This document shows, piece after piece, positions 1-22,682 of a stretch of 64,000 nucleotides of DNA. Made by a program: the position numbers and the translations under genes. Below the pieces are notes generated by a model. The model saw only the letters and a program-made list of their open reading frames with translations, was not told the origin of the DNA and made no database searches. Each line of letters starts with the position of its first letter. Position 1 is the stretch's first letter. The DNA is from the human T2T-CHM13v2.0 reference genome, Homo sapiens. Location: the NCBI RefSeq assembly GCF_009914755.1, contig NC_060947.1; one strand, given 5' to 3'.

Positions 1-105
1 TCCTGTCTGTTAGAAGGAAAACTAACAAACAGAAAGGCCATCCACACCAAAAATCCATCTGTACATCACCATCATCAAAGACCAAAAGTAGATAAAACCA
101 CAAAG

Positions 106-1123
106 ATGGGGAAAAAACAGAGCAGAAAAACTGGAAACTCTAAAAAGCAGAGCACCTTTCCTCCTCCAAAGGAACACAGTTCCTCACCAGCAATGGAACA
201 AAGCTGGATGGAGAATGACTTTGACGAGTTGAGAGAAGAAGGCTTCAGACGATCAAACTACTCTGAGCTACAGGAGGAAATTCAAACCAAAGGCAAAGAA
301 GCTGAAAACTTTGAAAAAAAATTTAGACGAATGTATAACTAGAATAACCAATACAGAGAAGTGCTTAAAGGAGCTGCTGGAGCTGAAAGCCAAGGCTCGA
401 GAACTACTTGAAGAATGCAGAAGCCTCAGGAGCCAATGGGATCAACTGGAAGAAAGGGTATCAGTGATGGAAGATGAAATGAATGAAATGAAGTGAGAAG
501 GGAAGTTTAGAGAAAAAAGAATAAAAAGAAATGAACAAAGCCTCCAAGAAACATGGGACTATGTGAAAAGACCAAATCTATGTCTGATTGGTGTACCTGA
601 AAGTGACAGGGAGAATGGAACCAAGTTGGAAAAGACTCTGCAGGATATTATCCAGGAGAACTTCCCCAATCTAGCAAGGCAGGCCAACATTCAGATTCAG
701 GAAATACAGAGAATGCCACAAAGATACTTCTCGAGAAGAGCAACTCCAAGACACATAATTGTCAGATTCACCAAAGTTGAAATGACGGAAAAAATATTAA
801 GGGCAGCCAGAGAGAAAGGTCGGGTTACCCACAAAGGGAAGTTCATCAGAAAAACAGCGGATCTCTCGGCAGACACTCTACAAGCCAGAATAGAGTGGGG
901 GCCAATATTCAACATTCTTAAAGAAAAGAATTTTCAACCCAGAATTTCATATCCAGCCAAACTAAGCTTCATAAGTGAAGGAGAAATAAAATACTTCATA
1001 GACAAGCAAATGCTGAGAGATTTTGTCACCACCAGGCCTGCCCTAAAAGAGCTCCTGAAGGAAGCACTAAACATGGAAAGGAACAACCGGTACCAGCTGC
1101 TGCAAAATCATGCCAAAATGTAA
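106..1123 (+). pseudogene. L1 ORF1p, disrupted
   Basis: MGKKQSRKTGNSK... through ...RYQLLQNHAKM. +1 frameshift in the A8 run at 314-321 and an in-frame TGA at 494-496 (CGA>TGA). Confidence 0.93.
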
Positions 1124-1171
1124 AGATCATTGAGACTAGGAAGAAGCTGCATCAACTAACGAGCAACATAA

Positions 1172-5009
<3,838 letters not shown>

Positions 5010-5244
5010 ACAATGAGAACACATGGACACAGGAAGGGGAACATCACACTCTGGGGACTGTTGTGGGGTAGGGGGAAGGGGGAGGGATAGCATTAGGAGA
5101 TATACCTAATGCTAAATGACGAGTTAATGGGTGCAGCACACCAGCATGGCACATGTATACATATGTCACTAACCTGCACATTGTGCACATGTACCCTAAA
5201 ACTTCAGGTATAATGATAATAAAAAAGATAAATAAATGAAAAAT

Positions 5245-5284
<40 letters not shown>

Positions 5285-5285
5285 C

Positions 5286-8415
<3,130 letters not shown>

Positions 8416-8481
8416 AAGCAAAATGTTATTGAAAATTGCTAGATTTAGGTAAGTCTCAGTATCAATTCAATTGCTTTCTTT

Positions 8482-8513
8482 TATGAAAAAAAGCTCATCA
8501 TCACTGGTCATTA
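8482..8513 (+). mobile_element. 32-bp isolated internal L1 ORF2 fragment
   Basis: tatgaaaaaaagctcatcatcactggtcatta is identical to 56509-56540 inside the L1PA7-like copy; both flanks are non-L1. Confidence 0.75.
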
Positions 8514-8739
8514 ATTTTTACTTTTTATAGAAAAGTATTGAGAAATTTTGTTTATATAAATAAGTTTATAAGAATGGAAGTTTCTTTGAATGTCTTCTGT
8601 GTTACATGTGAAACGTTACACAGTGTTCTACCATCAACACACTTTTTAATGATCAGTCACTGATAATGCAACTAGCTCAATTTTATCGGAAGCAAATAAT
8701 TTAAACCATTTGACTTTTAAGGACATTTCTCTCTCTATT

Positions 8740-9043
8740 ATTAGAGATCCCTATGATCAAAATGAGAACAATTTGAGCAACAGAATAAATAAAAACAGTA
8801 TAGGATCATAACATGTAGAATAAAAAAAATCAAACACAAAATTGTGAAGGAACAACTCTTCTTTACAGAAGAATTCCAATTAATAAATGTACAAAGATTG
8901 AGGGAAAGAGAAAATCACCATTAGAACACCACGGTAATTATTGTTGCAGAGAAGATCCACCAATGGATGCTAAAATCAATGGGCAAAAGTTTAAGGAGAA
9001 ACAGGATATTTGCATAGCTTCAAAGTATCTACTCCAAGATACA
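8740..9043 (+). mobile_element. Ancient L1M (L1MC/L1MD-like) 3' fragment, interrupted by MLT2
   Basis: 'gaattccaattaataaatgt...aaatcaccattagaacaccac...gggcaaaagtttaaggagaaacaggatatttgcatag' resembles recalled L1MC/MD sequence and appears to resume at ~10150. Confidence 0.55.
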
Positions 9044-10149
9044 TGTGATGGTTAATTTTATGTGTCAACTTAACTGGGATCAAGGATGCTCAGATAGCTG
9101 GTGAACATTATTTCTGGGTGTGTCTGTGAGGGTGTTTCCAGAAGAGATTAGCATTTGCATTAGCATATTCTCTGTCTACTCAGTAGACTGACTAAAAAAG
9201 ATCATGATCAACAAAGTGCATGAGTATAAATCATTCTATTATAAAGATTCATGCACGCATATGATCATTGCAGCACTATTCACAATAGCAAAGACATGGA
9301 ATCAACCCACATGCCCATCAATGATAGACTGGATTAAGAAAATGTGGTACATGTACACCATGGAATACTATGCAGCCGTAAAAAGGAATGAGATCATGTC
9401 CTTTGCAGGGACATGAATGGAGCTGGAAGCCATTATCCTCAGCAAACTAACACAGGAACAAAAAACCAACCACCACATTTTCTCACTTATATGTGAGAGC
9501 TGAACACCTACTGGGGGGCTGTGTGTGGGAAGGGAGAACATGAAGACAAATAGCTAACACATGCTGGGCTTAATACCTAGGTGATAGGTTGATAGGTGCA
9601 GCAAACCACTATGGCACACGTTTACCTATGTTACAAACCTGCACACGCTGCACATTGCACATGTATCCCAGAACTTAAAATAAAACTTTAAAAAAATAAA
9701 AAATACACAAATTGTCAACCAAAACATAAATAAATAGAAGCGAAGATATTTAAGACATGCAAAACTAAACAAAACGAAAACAATGTACATGAGGATCATT
9801 TGATCTGTTTAGGGCCTGAATAGAATAAAAAGGTGGAGGAAAAGTGAATTTGCTGTCTCTGCTTGAGGTGGAACATCCATCTTCTCCTGCCTGCAGACAT
9901 CGATGCTCCTCATTCTTGGGACTTTTAACTCAGAATGAGACTTATACCATTGGTTCCACTGGTTCTCAGGCCTCCGGATTTGAACTGGAACTAAACACTG
10001 GCTTTCCTGGGCCTCCAGCTCTCAAACAGCAGATCATGGGATTTCTCAGACTCCATAATCACATAAGCCAATCCTTCATAAAAACATCTTTCTGTATACC
10101 TATATATAACCTATTAGCTCTGTTTCTCTGGAAAACACTGAATAATACA
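9044..10149 (+). mobile_element. ERVL solo LTR, MLT2 family (MLT2D-like), split by an L1
   Basis: Starts 'tgtgatggttaattttatgtgtcaactt', ends 'tgtttctctggaaaacactgaataataca'; 5-bp flanks ataca/atatg. Confidence 0.85.
9225..9778 (+). mobile_element. 5'-truncated L1 (L1PA11-13-like) with extra 3' sequence, nested in MLT2
   Basis: ORF2 C-terminus (YKSFYYKDSCTHM...YYAA), 3'UTR 'tgctgggcttaatacctaggtgatagg', A-rich tail; degenerate TSD at 9210-9224 / 9779-9793. Confidence 0.85.
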
Positions 10150-11244
10150 ATATGTATTAATTACAAAGAGAAAGTCTAAAATTATTTTAAAATAAGGAGT
10201 TAAAACAAACAAAAAATTAGAAATTATTTATTTTAGGATTTGTCTCATGGACTACAAACAAACAAAACAGACACATACACGCAGCCATATATTTTACAGA
10301 CCATATTTCAGTTTTCTGATCAAAATCTTCTACAAGCACTTCTAAAATATGTGGTAGACAGAGGGAGAGACACTTGAGAGTTATTATATATAGATTAGTA
10401 ATTTAGTTTTATTGTTAAAAATTATTGCTTATAATTATTCATTTGACATAATTAGGGCAGCATATTAGCTGAAAAGCAAGGGTTTTCTTCTAATTAAGTG
10501 AAACTGGTTTTCTGAAGTTCTGGGCATCACATTCTTCATAGCATTTTAGAATCATTTTGTCCTACACTTGTGCATAAGTAAATGTTCTACTTTTATAAGG
10601 TCATTTTAAATCTCTCTATGGAAATCTCTGCATGTTAACATATAGAGAAGCTATAGGGTCATTAGTAACTGATGGGTCCACAAAAGTTATTTTTTTTTTT
10701 ATCAGTGCTCCCTTTGCTTTTCTCTCACAGGACTCTTTCTCAGCAGTGTTGCTATTATTTTTAAACATAGTTGGATGATGGAATACATCATAGCAAGATT
10801 CAAGATAAATGTTCTGCTTTTCTTTTGTGTAGTGGGAGAAGGGCAACTATGAACGGAGAAGAAGGAAAGGGGAACCATGGTAAGACAACTTGACTTCAAG
10901 CATGGACTCTGGCAGATCAGTATTAAGAATTGAATGATATGGAAGTTGAGATAACACTGGAAACTGATTCTTTTAATTCTCCCTTTGCCTGAATACCCCT
11001 TGAGAAATCTAGTGTTCCTCCAGGGAAACGAATACTTCTAATTTGTAGAGGATCCAGAGTTTCAGAAAAAAAAAAACCTGCCAATTTTTGCTTCAATCCT
11101 TTAATATCTTCATTAGGAGCATTAATTATTATGGTTATAATTGGTATGAAGGCTACTAACATTACATAAATCAGATTAATAGCTTGTATTGCATAGCATT
11201 TTTGGGTTTTCAAATTATCTCACTTATGTTATTTCATGTCACTC

Positions 11245-11620
11245 TGTCTTGGGCTTACTTATCCGGAAAGCAGAGCCTGAGGAAAAGGCTTGCTTGCAGG
11301 TAATATATTTGGGAAGTTATTCCAGAAAACAGACAAGAGGGCTAGGGAAGTGAAACAGGGAAGGAGGGAATGAAAATGCAGGTAGGAATTCTTGAGTTGG
11401 ATATGTCTGTGGATGGCTGGGACCTTCTGAGAAACCTGAAGGAGTATGAAGGAGTATATCTCGGGACTATCAGTCCAGGAGAAAACATTGCTCAAGGAAG
11501 GTCCCAAGGACATCCAATGTCAAGGTGTCCTCAAAACCACAGGGTAGGGAGCAAGACATAGCAGCAGTGGGTTCGAGGTGAAGCACTGTCAGGTTGCACA
11601 CAGTAAAGTGGGTGGAAGTC
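11245..11620 (-). mobile_element. LTR16-family ERVL LTR
   Basis: 'tgtcttgggc...gcagagcctgaggaaaaggcttgcttgcaggtaatatatttgggaag...gggaagtgaaacagggaagg' matches the reverse of the recalled LTR16 3' end. Confidence 0.6.
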
Positions 11621-12894
11621 TGCAACGAAATAATTAATACGGTATTGGTTGGAGTAGAAGGCAAGGTCTAGACTGTTTTAAATCACACAAGAGGTGTTCT
11701 ATACATATCCTTACAGCAACACTGTGAGATAGGGCAGAAATTATTATTCATCTCATTTTAAAGGGAAAAATGTAAAAACAATCTACTGAGATTGTTAGTA
11801 AATGATTTGGCCGCTCTGTGCCTCAGTTTTCATATCTGGAAAAAAGTAGAGATTAAAACCATTTACCCTTTCCATTATGAAAATAACTAAAAGAACACCT
11901 GCAAAATGCTTTGAGCTTCAGAAGAAGGCAAGTATGTAAATAAATTGTGTTATTGTGCTTTATAGTCTATTTGAAAACAAGATGAGTCTTTTGTCATTTT
12001 GAAATATTGAATTCTACTTTGCACAAAATTGAAAAATAGAAACAAATTTTATCTCTCATTCTTCATGCATATCTCTCACTAACTTCAAAGGGAGCTTGGC
12101 TCTCCCTGTCTATACGTAATTATACAAAGTAATCATAAAATTCCATATTTTAGTACTTGTATAATGAGCTTCAAAAGTCAATAACGAACTATAAATATTC
12201 ATAGAAAATATTTCTCCCTAATTTTAGGATTGATAACTCACTGCTGCTTCTATTTTGTACATCCAGAATGACTACTGGTAGGATCATTTCTCAGAATTTA
12301 TGCCCTCATTTAGGAGCAAAGTGACTTTTGATTGTACTGCATTTATGGTATTCTTTGAAGAAAGCCTTTCCTGGCTCCTGAGCCATCTGCAACTCCATGC
12401 TACACCAAGAGATCCACTTCAAACTACAATATGAGGAAATTTCTTATTGGTCTAAAGTAACCCATATGGATATGGATGGCATGAAATTGCTGGGCTAGGT
12501 AGCCACTGCTGGCTCGTGGTCTGGGCCCTGGGACATATAATTAGCTTGAGCGACTCTATTTTCTCCTGATGAATTGACTGGTTTTTAGTGTGTTTATGTA
12601 ACTGTGGCCATACCTTTGGGAATGTAACCCATGCAATCACATCCAGGTCAGCACAGTCACCTAACTGAGAAAGAAGGCCAAGGTAACAATACAGGGAAAG
12701 AGAATCCTAGGACTCTATATCCTTTTTTTCTGTAAGCAAAAAGATGCAAGTTTGTTATAAATTAATAGGCACAGACATAAGCGTATCTTGCAAATTTATT
12801 CTCTTTCCATGTGGATTTCTCCCCAAGGACTGGGACAATCTTCAACCCACAGGAGAGCTCATTTCTTCTGTTTCTCCCTCTCCTTCTTCCTTTC

Positions 12895-13115
12895 GTTCAT
12901 TACCTGTGCACATTATGTGCTAGGTTCTATTCAAAGTGCTACACATATTTAATTCACTTTGTTGTTACAATAACCCTATGCAGTAGGCAACCTTATCGTA
13001 TCTGTTTTGCTGATGAGAAATCTGATGCTTGGGTAGATTAATTAAATTGCTGAAAGTCACCTAGCTTGTCAGTGGCTCAGCCGGTATTCAAACTCAGGTC
13101 TGCCTGTTATCAAAA
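12895..13115 (-). mobile_element. MIR SINE
   Basis: 'aataaccctatgcagtagg...gatgagaaatctgatgctt...gtcacctagct...ttcaaactcaggtctg', reverse MIR core. Confidence 0.75.
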
Positions 13116-13431
13116 CATTTATTTCTTCTCTTTAGGTAGTGTTCCACCTCTGAACATGGAAAGCTCTGTGTCCATTAGTTATTAAGGCTAGCTTCACTCT
13201 GGACTTACATTTCTTCTTCCAGTCTTTTTCCATTAACCTAATGCAAATGCAATTAATGCTCTAGCCTCCATACTATGTTCCCTAGCTACAAAAATCTCTG
13301 GCCCTGACTATATCCTGGAAGCTTGTGCCCAACCTACCAGTCATTGATGTGATTGATGGTATGGGGCCCAGAAACTTCATTGTCTCTTCAGACCTTTGTG
13401 ATGCCTATATTCTCGTTCCATAATCCTTTCC

Positions 13432-13847
13432 CACCCATTTGTTTATTCAAAACATTTTTATTAAGTAACTAATATGCCAGGCACTAAAAATACAGTGGAA
13501 AATTAGATGGACACTGCCCCTATAGTCACAAAACTTACAGCATAATGGGAGAGACAGAAACACAAATAAACCAACACACATACACACACACATATGCACA
13601 TATGCACGTGAACAGCTGAAATAATTTCAAGCTGTGATGAGAATTATGAAAGAAACAAATAGGGTTCTATGTCAGAGAAAAATGGAGTTGGGTATACTTT
13701 AGAGAGTCAGGAAAGGTGTCTCTGAGGTGGTTATAGTGGAAAGAGGAAGGAACAAGTTATATGAACAGCAAGAGAAAGAACACTGCAGGCAGAGGGAAAA
13801 ATAAATGGCAAAAAGAAGGAGGAGGAGAAGGACTTGCCTCGTTCAAA
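13432..13847 (-). mobile_element. L2 LINE fragment (host of the L1PA4-like insertion)
   Basis: 'tttattcaaaacatttttattaag...atgccaggcact...gtcaggaaaggtgtctctgagg...gcaggcagagggaa', reverse L2 3' region. Confidence 0.7.
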
Positions 13848-17345
<3,498 letters not shown>

Positions 17346-17439
17346 TATAAATAAATGCTGCAAGCAGAAAATTTAAAAAAAATAATATAGAAGATAAATA
17401 AAACCATAAAGCTGGATGAAATCATTCAGGAAAAGAGTC

Positions 17440-17588
17440 TATTTGTTTAGTTTGTTTCTTGCCTGTCTCCTACCCCACACTAGAATGTAAGCTTCGTGAG
17501 TGTAGGTATTTCTACTCACTGGTGTTTCTCTAGTGCCCATAACAATGCACTTATTAAAAATTTATTGAATATGTGAAATGAATGATTG
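17440..17588 (+). mobile_element. L2 3' end
   Basis: 'ctagaatgtaagcttcgtgag...ctagtgcccataacaatgc...tttattgaatatgtgaaatgaatga'. Confidence 0.65.
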
Positions 17589-19666
17589 TGTCTCACTAAA
17601 TACTTCCCATTGGCCCTCACAGTCACATTTGGCCCCACCCTAGCCTCCCACGCCTTGTTTCTTTATTCTTTCTTGTGCCTTTTATAAAGAGTCATATTCA
17701 CTCATAATGATAGCTGTCACATTTCTAACTTCCAGTGAAAGTTCATAGCTTGTCACGTCTGCCTCTCTTGATGTGTTCTCCTCTTTGAGTTTTCTTTGTC
17801 TAGGCCTTTTGACCCCTTTACGTGTGACCACTCCTATCTCCTTTTCCTAATACCATACCCTCTACAGGATACCTAAAACTGGAGTCTATATGTGGGTATC
17901 TGAATCATAGTCAGGTTGAGAATTGTCAAAGGCTGGCTGCAGCACTAGAGACACAAGAAGAAATAAATGCAGTGATGCAGGATTTGATCACACTCCACGA
18001 GTGTTCAACTTTGATTCATTCTGTGTATTGAGTTTCAGATTAAGATTATATTTGAAAGAAAAGGTTCTGCTGAGTTTTTAAGTATAAAAATTACTAATAC
18101 AGACCATTCATTAATTCATTCAACATTTATTGAACATTTACTATGTGGCCAGCAATGCACTAATATTCTTATAGGCAGCTAAAAAACAGAAAGACCTGGG
18201 GGCTGGAGTTGTTGAAGAATTTTACACATCAAGAACTTGGTAGTGTAGAGATAATGGGAAAGTCATTTCTAGGAACCAGAATAACTCATCACCTAGTGTT
18301 TCACACACTGAGAAGGTATAGGTGTTGGCGCTCCATCACTGTTCTCTTAGAGGAGTGAGAACAAAGATTAGGGCATCCCTTCCCCAGTTCTCTCTACCAG
18401 TCACTCTTCTCTTGTCTTTTCCCTTGCTAGTCTTGCCTCATGGGCTGAACCTCAGAATGACAGGACCTTATATTCTTTCATCTCAAAATCAGATCAGGCA
18501 TATTGGGGTGCCAGTTTGATTGTTTTCCTTTTATGGGCCATGTTCCCCAGTGGGCACTGGCATTTCTACATCTGCTCACATAGCAGGCTGTCTACATGAA
18601 ATCTTCCTCCTGATCCTTCAGGAGTCTACTGGGAGACTGTGTTAGCATCAGGAAACTGCTTTTCCCATAATTCATTTCTGTAATACTGAACGTCAAGCAC
18701 CTGAAGCAAAGAGTACTGCTGCCACCACCACCAGGCAAAACTGAATCATGTGCAGACACCAACGCCCCAGGCTGCTGGCTAAGAATAAGATAAGCTCAAA
18801 ATAACTTGCACTCTCCCCAGCAGACCTTATTGTCTGCCATTCCCCTCTTTACCCCTGCCTATGATTGGCTGAAGAGCAAGGTAGACAACTGGTTTCTGAG
18901 CCCTGAAATAACATTGACAACAGAAATAAATCTCCTGCCTCGGTTAGAGGCTGATCAAAGCAGAAGAAAGAGATGATCAATCATTCTGCCACTTATTCAG
19001 CTGCACTCAGGATTTCTAGTATGGGCTTCAGGGGGTTCTAGGACTGCCTCCCTCCCCACATCAGGTAGATGGTGTGGGCATTTGAGTAATGGAGTTTGGG
19101 AACAGGTCAGGCGATGTAACTGGGCTTTGTGGCAGGGAAGAGGCAAGGAAGTCTGTACCCATGAGCTGGAAACTCCATTCTTATACTTAGGTCCCTGGCC
19201 CCTATGCACACACTCACATTCAGACTGTCTGAATGGAAAACTACAACCAAGACATGTATGCTCAGCTAATGGGAAACAAAGGGAGCTAAGGATGAGAAGC
19301 CTCACGATTTCATACCACCTCCTCCAGAGCTAGGGACATCTTTCCTAAAAGTAAACACAAAGCAGAAGGTGAAGGCATTGGTGTTTCCTATACTGCATCT
19401 TACCTGTTGAACAATCTCAGCTAGCTGATAGCTCTGAGAGCCCCAACTTGCCACTCTCATGGTTCACCTCAACTCTCACCTCAAAAGAGGCATTTGCCAC
19501 TCTGCTAGCACTTAATGGTGGTAGCATAGGATGGGGTAAGTTCTTGAGCCAAGCAAAAAGCAGAAGGTACTGGTCCTTTTTAGGACTAGGCAACTTATCA
19601 ATAACAGGAAATAGGGGTGCATGGGTATGCAAGACTAGCAGACTGACTGACCTTAAATGAACTTCA

Positions 19667-19943
19667 GTACAAAAGCCAGATTCTCTACAGCTTATTCATT
19701 TTACTTATCTGAAACTTTATACCTGTTGATTAATAAGTTCCCATATCGTCATTCCAATAGCACCTAATAATGACCATTCCAGTCTTTGGTTTTATGAATT
19801 TCATTATTTTAGATACCTCATATACGTGAAATCATTCAGTACTTGTGGCTCTGTGTCTGGCTTTTTTCACTTAGCTTAAAATGTTTTAAGACGCTAGATC
19901 TCATGTTAAGTGTTCCTAACATAATAAAATAAAATAATAAAAA
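19667..19943. mobile_element. Old L1 (L1MA9/L1MB1-like) 3' end with 5' inversion
   Basis: Reverse segment 19667-19875 ('gaaactttatacc...gatacctcatatacgtgaaatcat...ttcacttagc') joined to a forward terminus 19876-19943 ('tagatctcatgttaagtgttc' + A-tail). Confidence 0.65.
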
Positions 19944-20276
19944 CCAGGGATTCTCAGCAGGGGCAGGGAGCAAAGCAGTAGAGCATGAGTATTTTGAAAA
20001 ACCTACAAAAGTTATTGTGATCTCCACCTTGAACCTTATATCTATGCATTAGCAAGTCACTCTTATTAATTTCCTAATTTACCAAAGAGACAAAAATGGC
20101 CCAGATAAGCAACATGACCTACAGAAGGTCACCCAGCTAAGAGTCCTGCCAGAACCTGCCTGTCTCCTCAAGTGCTGACACACCCATTACTGTTAGGCCA
20201 CTTAAAGCTTTGACCATGAAAATAAGTGATTTAGAGCAATCCCCATTCAGCATTGAGAGCAATCTTCCTTCACATG

Positions 20277-20673
20277 TGTATTAGCTCATGCTGCCATAAC
20301 ATAATGCCATAGACTAGAGGCTCAAAGAAGAGAAATGTTTTTTTCTCACAGTTTTGGAGGCTGGAAGTCCAAGATCAAGGAGTTGGCTGATTTGGCTTCT
20401 CCTGAGGCCTCTCTCCTTGACCCCCAGACAGCCACCTTCTCACTGTGTCCTCACTTGGCCTTATCTCTGTGTGTGCACATTCCTGGTGTTTCTTCTTCTT
20501 TTTATTAATATAAGGACATCAGTCATATTGGATCAGGGCCCCATCCATATGAACTCATTTAACCTTAACTACCTCTTTAAAAGCCCTATCTCAAAATACA
20601 CTCACATTCTGAGATACTAGAATTTAGGACTTGAACATATGAATTTGTAAGGGACACAATTTGGTCCCTAACA
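20277..20673 (-). mobile_element. MaLR solo LTR, MLT1B-like
   Basis: 'tgtattag...ctcacagttttggaggctggaagtccaagatcaagg...gacacaatttggtccctaaca'; perfect 5-bp TSD acatg (20272-20276 / 20674-20678). Confidence 0.88.
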
Positions 20674-22079
20674 ACATGAGTACTGTGACAACTAGGCATA
20701 AAGAATGTTCATTCCAACTTCACCCTGCATCCATGAAACTACATTGCACTCCTTCCCCATCCCCTGCCACAAAAAAACCTTCCTCTGCTCTTCTATAACC
20801 ATCACTGCCACTTCCACTAAATCACATCCCTTCTACTCTTCTCCAATGCCAGAATACCCTATCACTCTAGTTCTTCTGCATTATCCTGGGGCCATCTGTG
20901 TCTTCCACATGTCCTTTTCATATATGGATTCTATGCTGCCTGGCAGCCCTATTAGTTCCTTATGGATAGGGACCAAATCTTGTGTTTCCCTTGGCTCCCA
21001 AGAACAGACAGCAAATGTCTGTGCATAATCTACACTTGTGCTGAAACTACTTCATACCCTGTTTAATGACATGAAATGAGAGTAAATGTCATGGCACTCC
21101 AGAAACGTTGACTGAGTGACTGCTGAGAGATAGGAGCAGAGTCACCTCATCCTCCTTTCTGCCACCTTTTTCTAGTCTTTTTCAAACACCATGAAAAAGG
21201 TCTTGCTCTCTGCTTCTGTTAGACTGTTCTATTTTCTACACTTACATTCTAGGCAGTGAGAAACTCAAATAAGAATAAAGGGCATTTATCTCACTCTAAA
21301 AGGCTGAGGTTTTTTCTGTGCTGCTGGGGCTCTCACTCTCCCAACTAAAGAGCTCAATAACAAAAAATAAAATTAGGAAGAGGAAGCAGGGAAAGGGAAG
21401 GAAAAAGGAAGAAAAGGAATGAACAGAGGTGGAAAAGAAGGATGATCAAGCATTAGAGCAGGCACTGATGCCCTCCCTACTGAGAACAGGAAGGAAGCTA
21501 CATTTTGCAAAGCACCTGTTAATATAGCTTTTCTCTGGACAAAGTCCCTAGTGGAAACTGAGAGAGGAGTGAGCCCTTTTCCATTCTCATGATCACGTTA
21601 AAATGTGTAACTTCATTATCTGGCTCCTCATCAGCCCAAGAACGAGGGCAGCAAGTGCCTTGTGGTTTATTTTTATTTCTGATATCATCTCCCTGATCCC
21701 AGAGGAAGCCCAGTCTGGCTTATTTAAGGCCACATGATGTGACTATTAGTCTTGTGTGTGTCTGAAGAATGCTTCCTGTCTTTTATAGAGTGGAGAGAAA
21801 ACCTGAGCTGAACCCCTTAGTTCTGTGGCCCTCACCTTCTAGCCAGTAAGCAGTTTAATAGTAACTGTGAACCACAGAATCAGCTCAATTATGCTCTAAG
21901 TCAATGAGCACACTAAGCAATTGCACCTGGTTCAGTGACCGTATTTTTAACAGATAACAGTTGCGGAGTACTTCCCGAACACAAGACTGTGCATGAGGGA
22001 CAGTGGGTCTTTCCCATGGAGATAACATGATCTATGGTTTCAGGAGCTCCATAATCCTGGGAAAAGACTAATTCAATAA

Positions 22080-22682
22080 TATATTAGTTTTGTATTGCTG
22101 CCTAAAAATTACTACAAACTTTGTGGCTTAAAATAGCATTCATTTGTTAGCTCATCATTCTGCAGTTCAAAAGTGCAGCATGGTGTAACTGGAATCTCTG
22201 TTCAGGGTCTTACAAGGCTAAAATCAAGTTATCAACTGATCTGCATTCTCATCTAGAGGCCCAGAGCTCTCTTCTAAACTCATGTGGCTGTGGTAGAATT
22301 CAGTTTGATGCAGTTACAAGACTGAAAGTACCCATTTTTTTGCTGGCTGTCAGCCAGGGGAGCCAATCTATGCTCTGAGAGACCACCCGCATTCTTTCTC
22401 ATGTGGTCTCCTCCATATTGAAATCAGTAACAGCACTTTAATTCCTTCTTATGCTTTGAATCTCTGACTTCTCCTTCTGCCTTCCTTTCTGACACCAGCT
22501 GGAAAAAGTTTTCTGCTTTTAAGGGCTCCTTGATTTGATTAGGACTACTGAGATAATCTTTCTATCCAGAAGTCAACTGTGTCATATGATGTAATGTCAT
22601 CAGAGGAGTGATATGTCAACTTATTAGGGAGTGGCACCTGGCTGGGGGTTAGGGGTACATTTTTAGAATTCTACCTACCACA
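22080..22682 (-). mobile_element. MaLR solo LTR, MLT1E-like
   Basis: 'tatattagttttgtattgctgc...gtggcttaaaa...tttagaattctacctaccaca'; flanks aataa/agtaa. Confidence 0.78.

Noticed and set aside
21370-21442. Purine-rich tract as possible H-DNA
   Set aside because: No clear mirror symmetry; ordinary low-complexity sequence.
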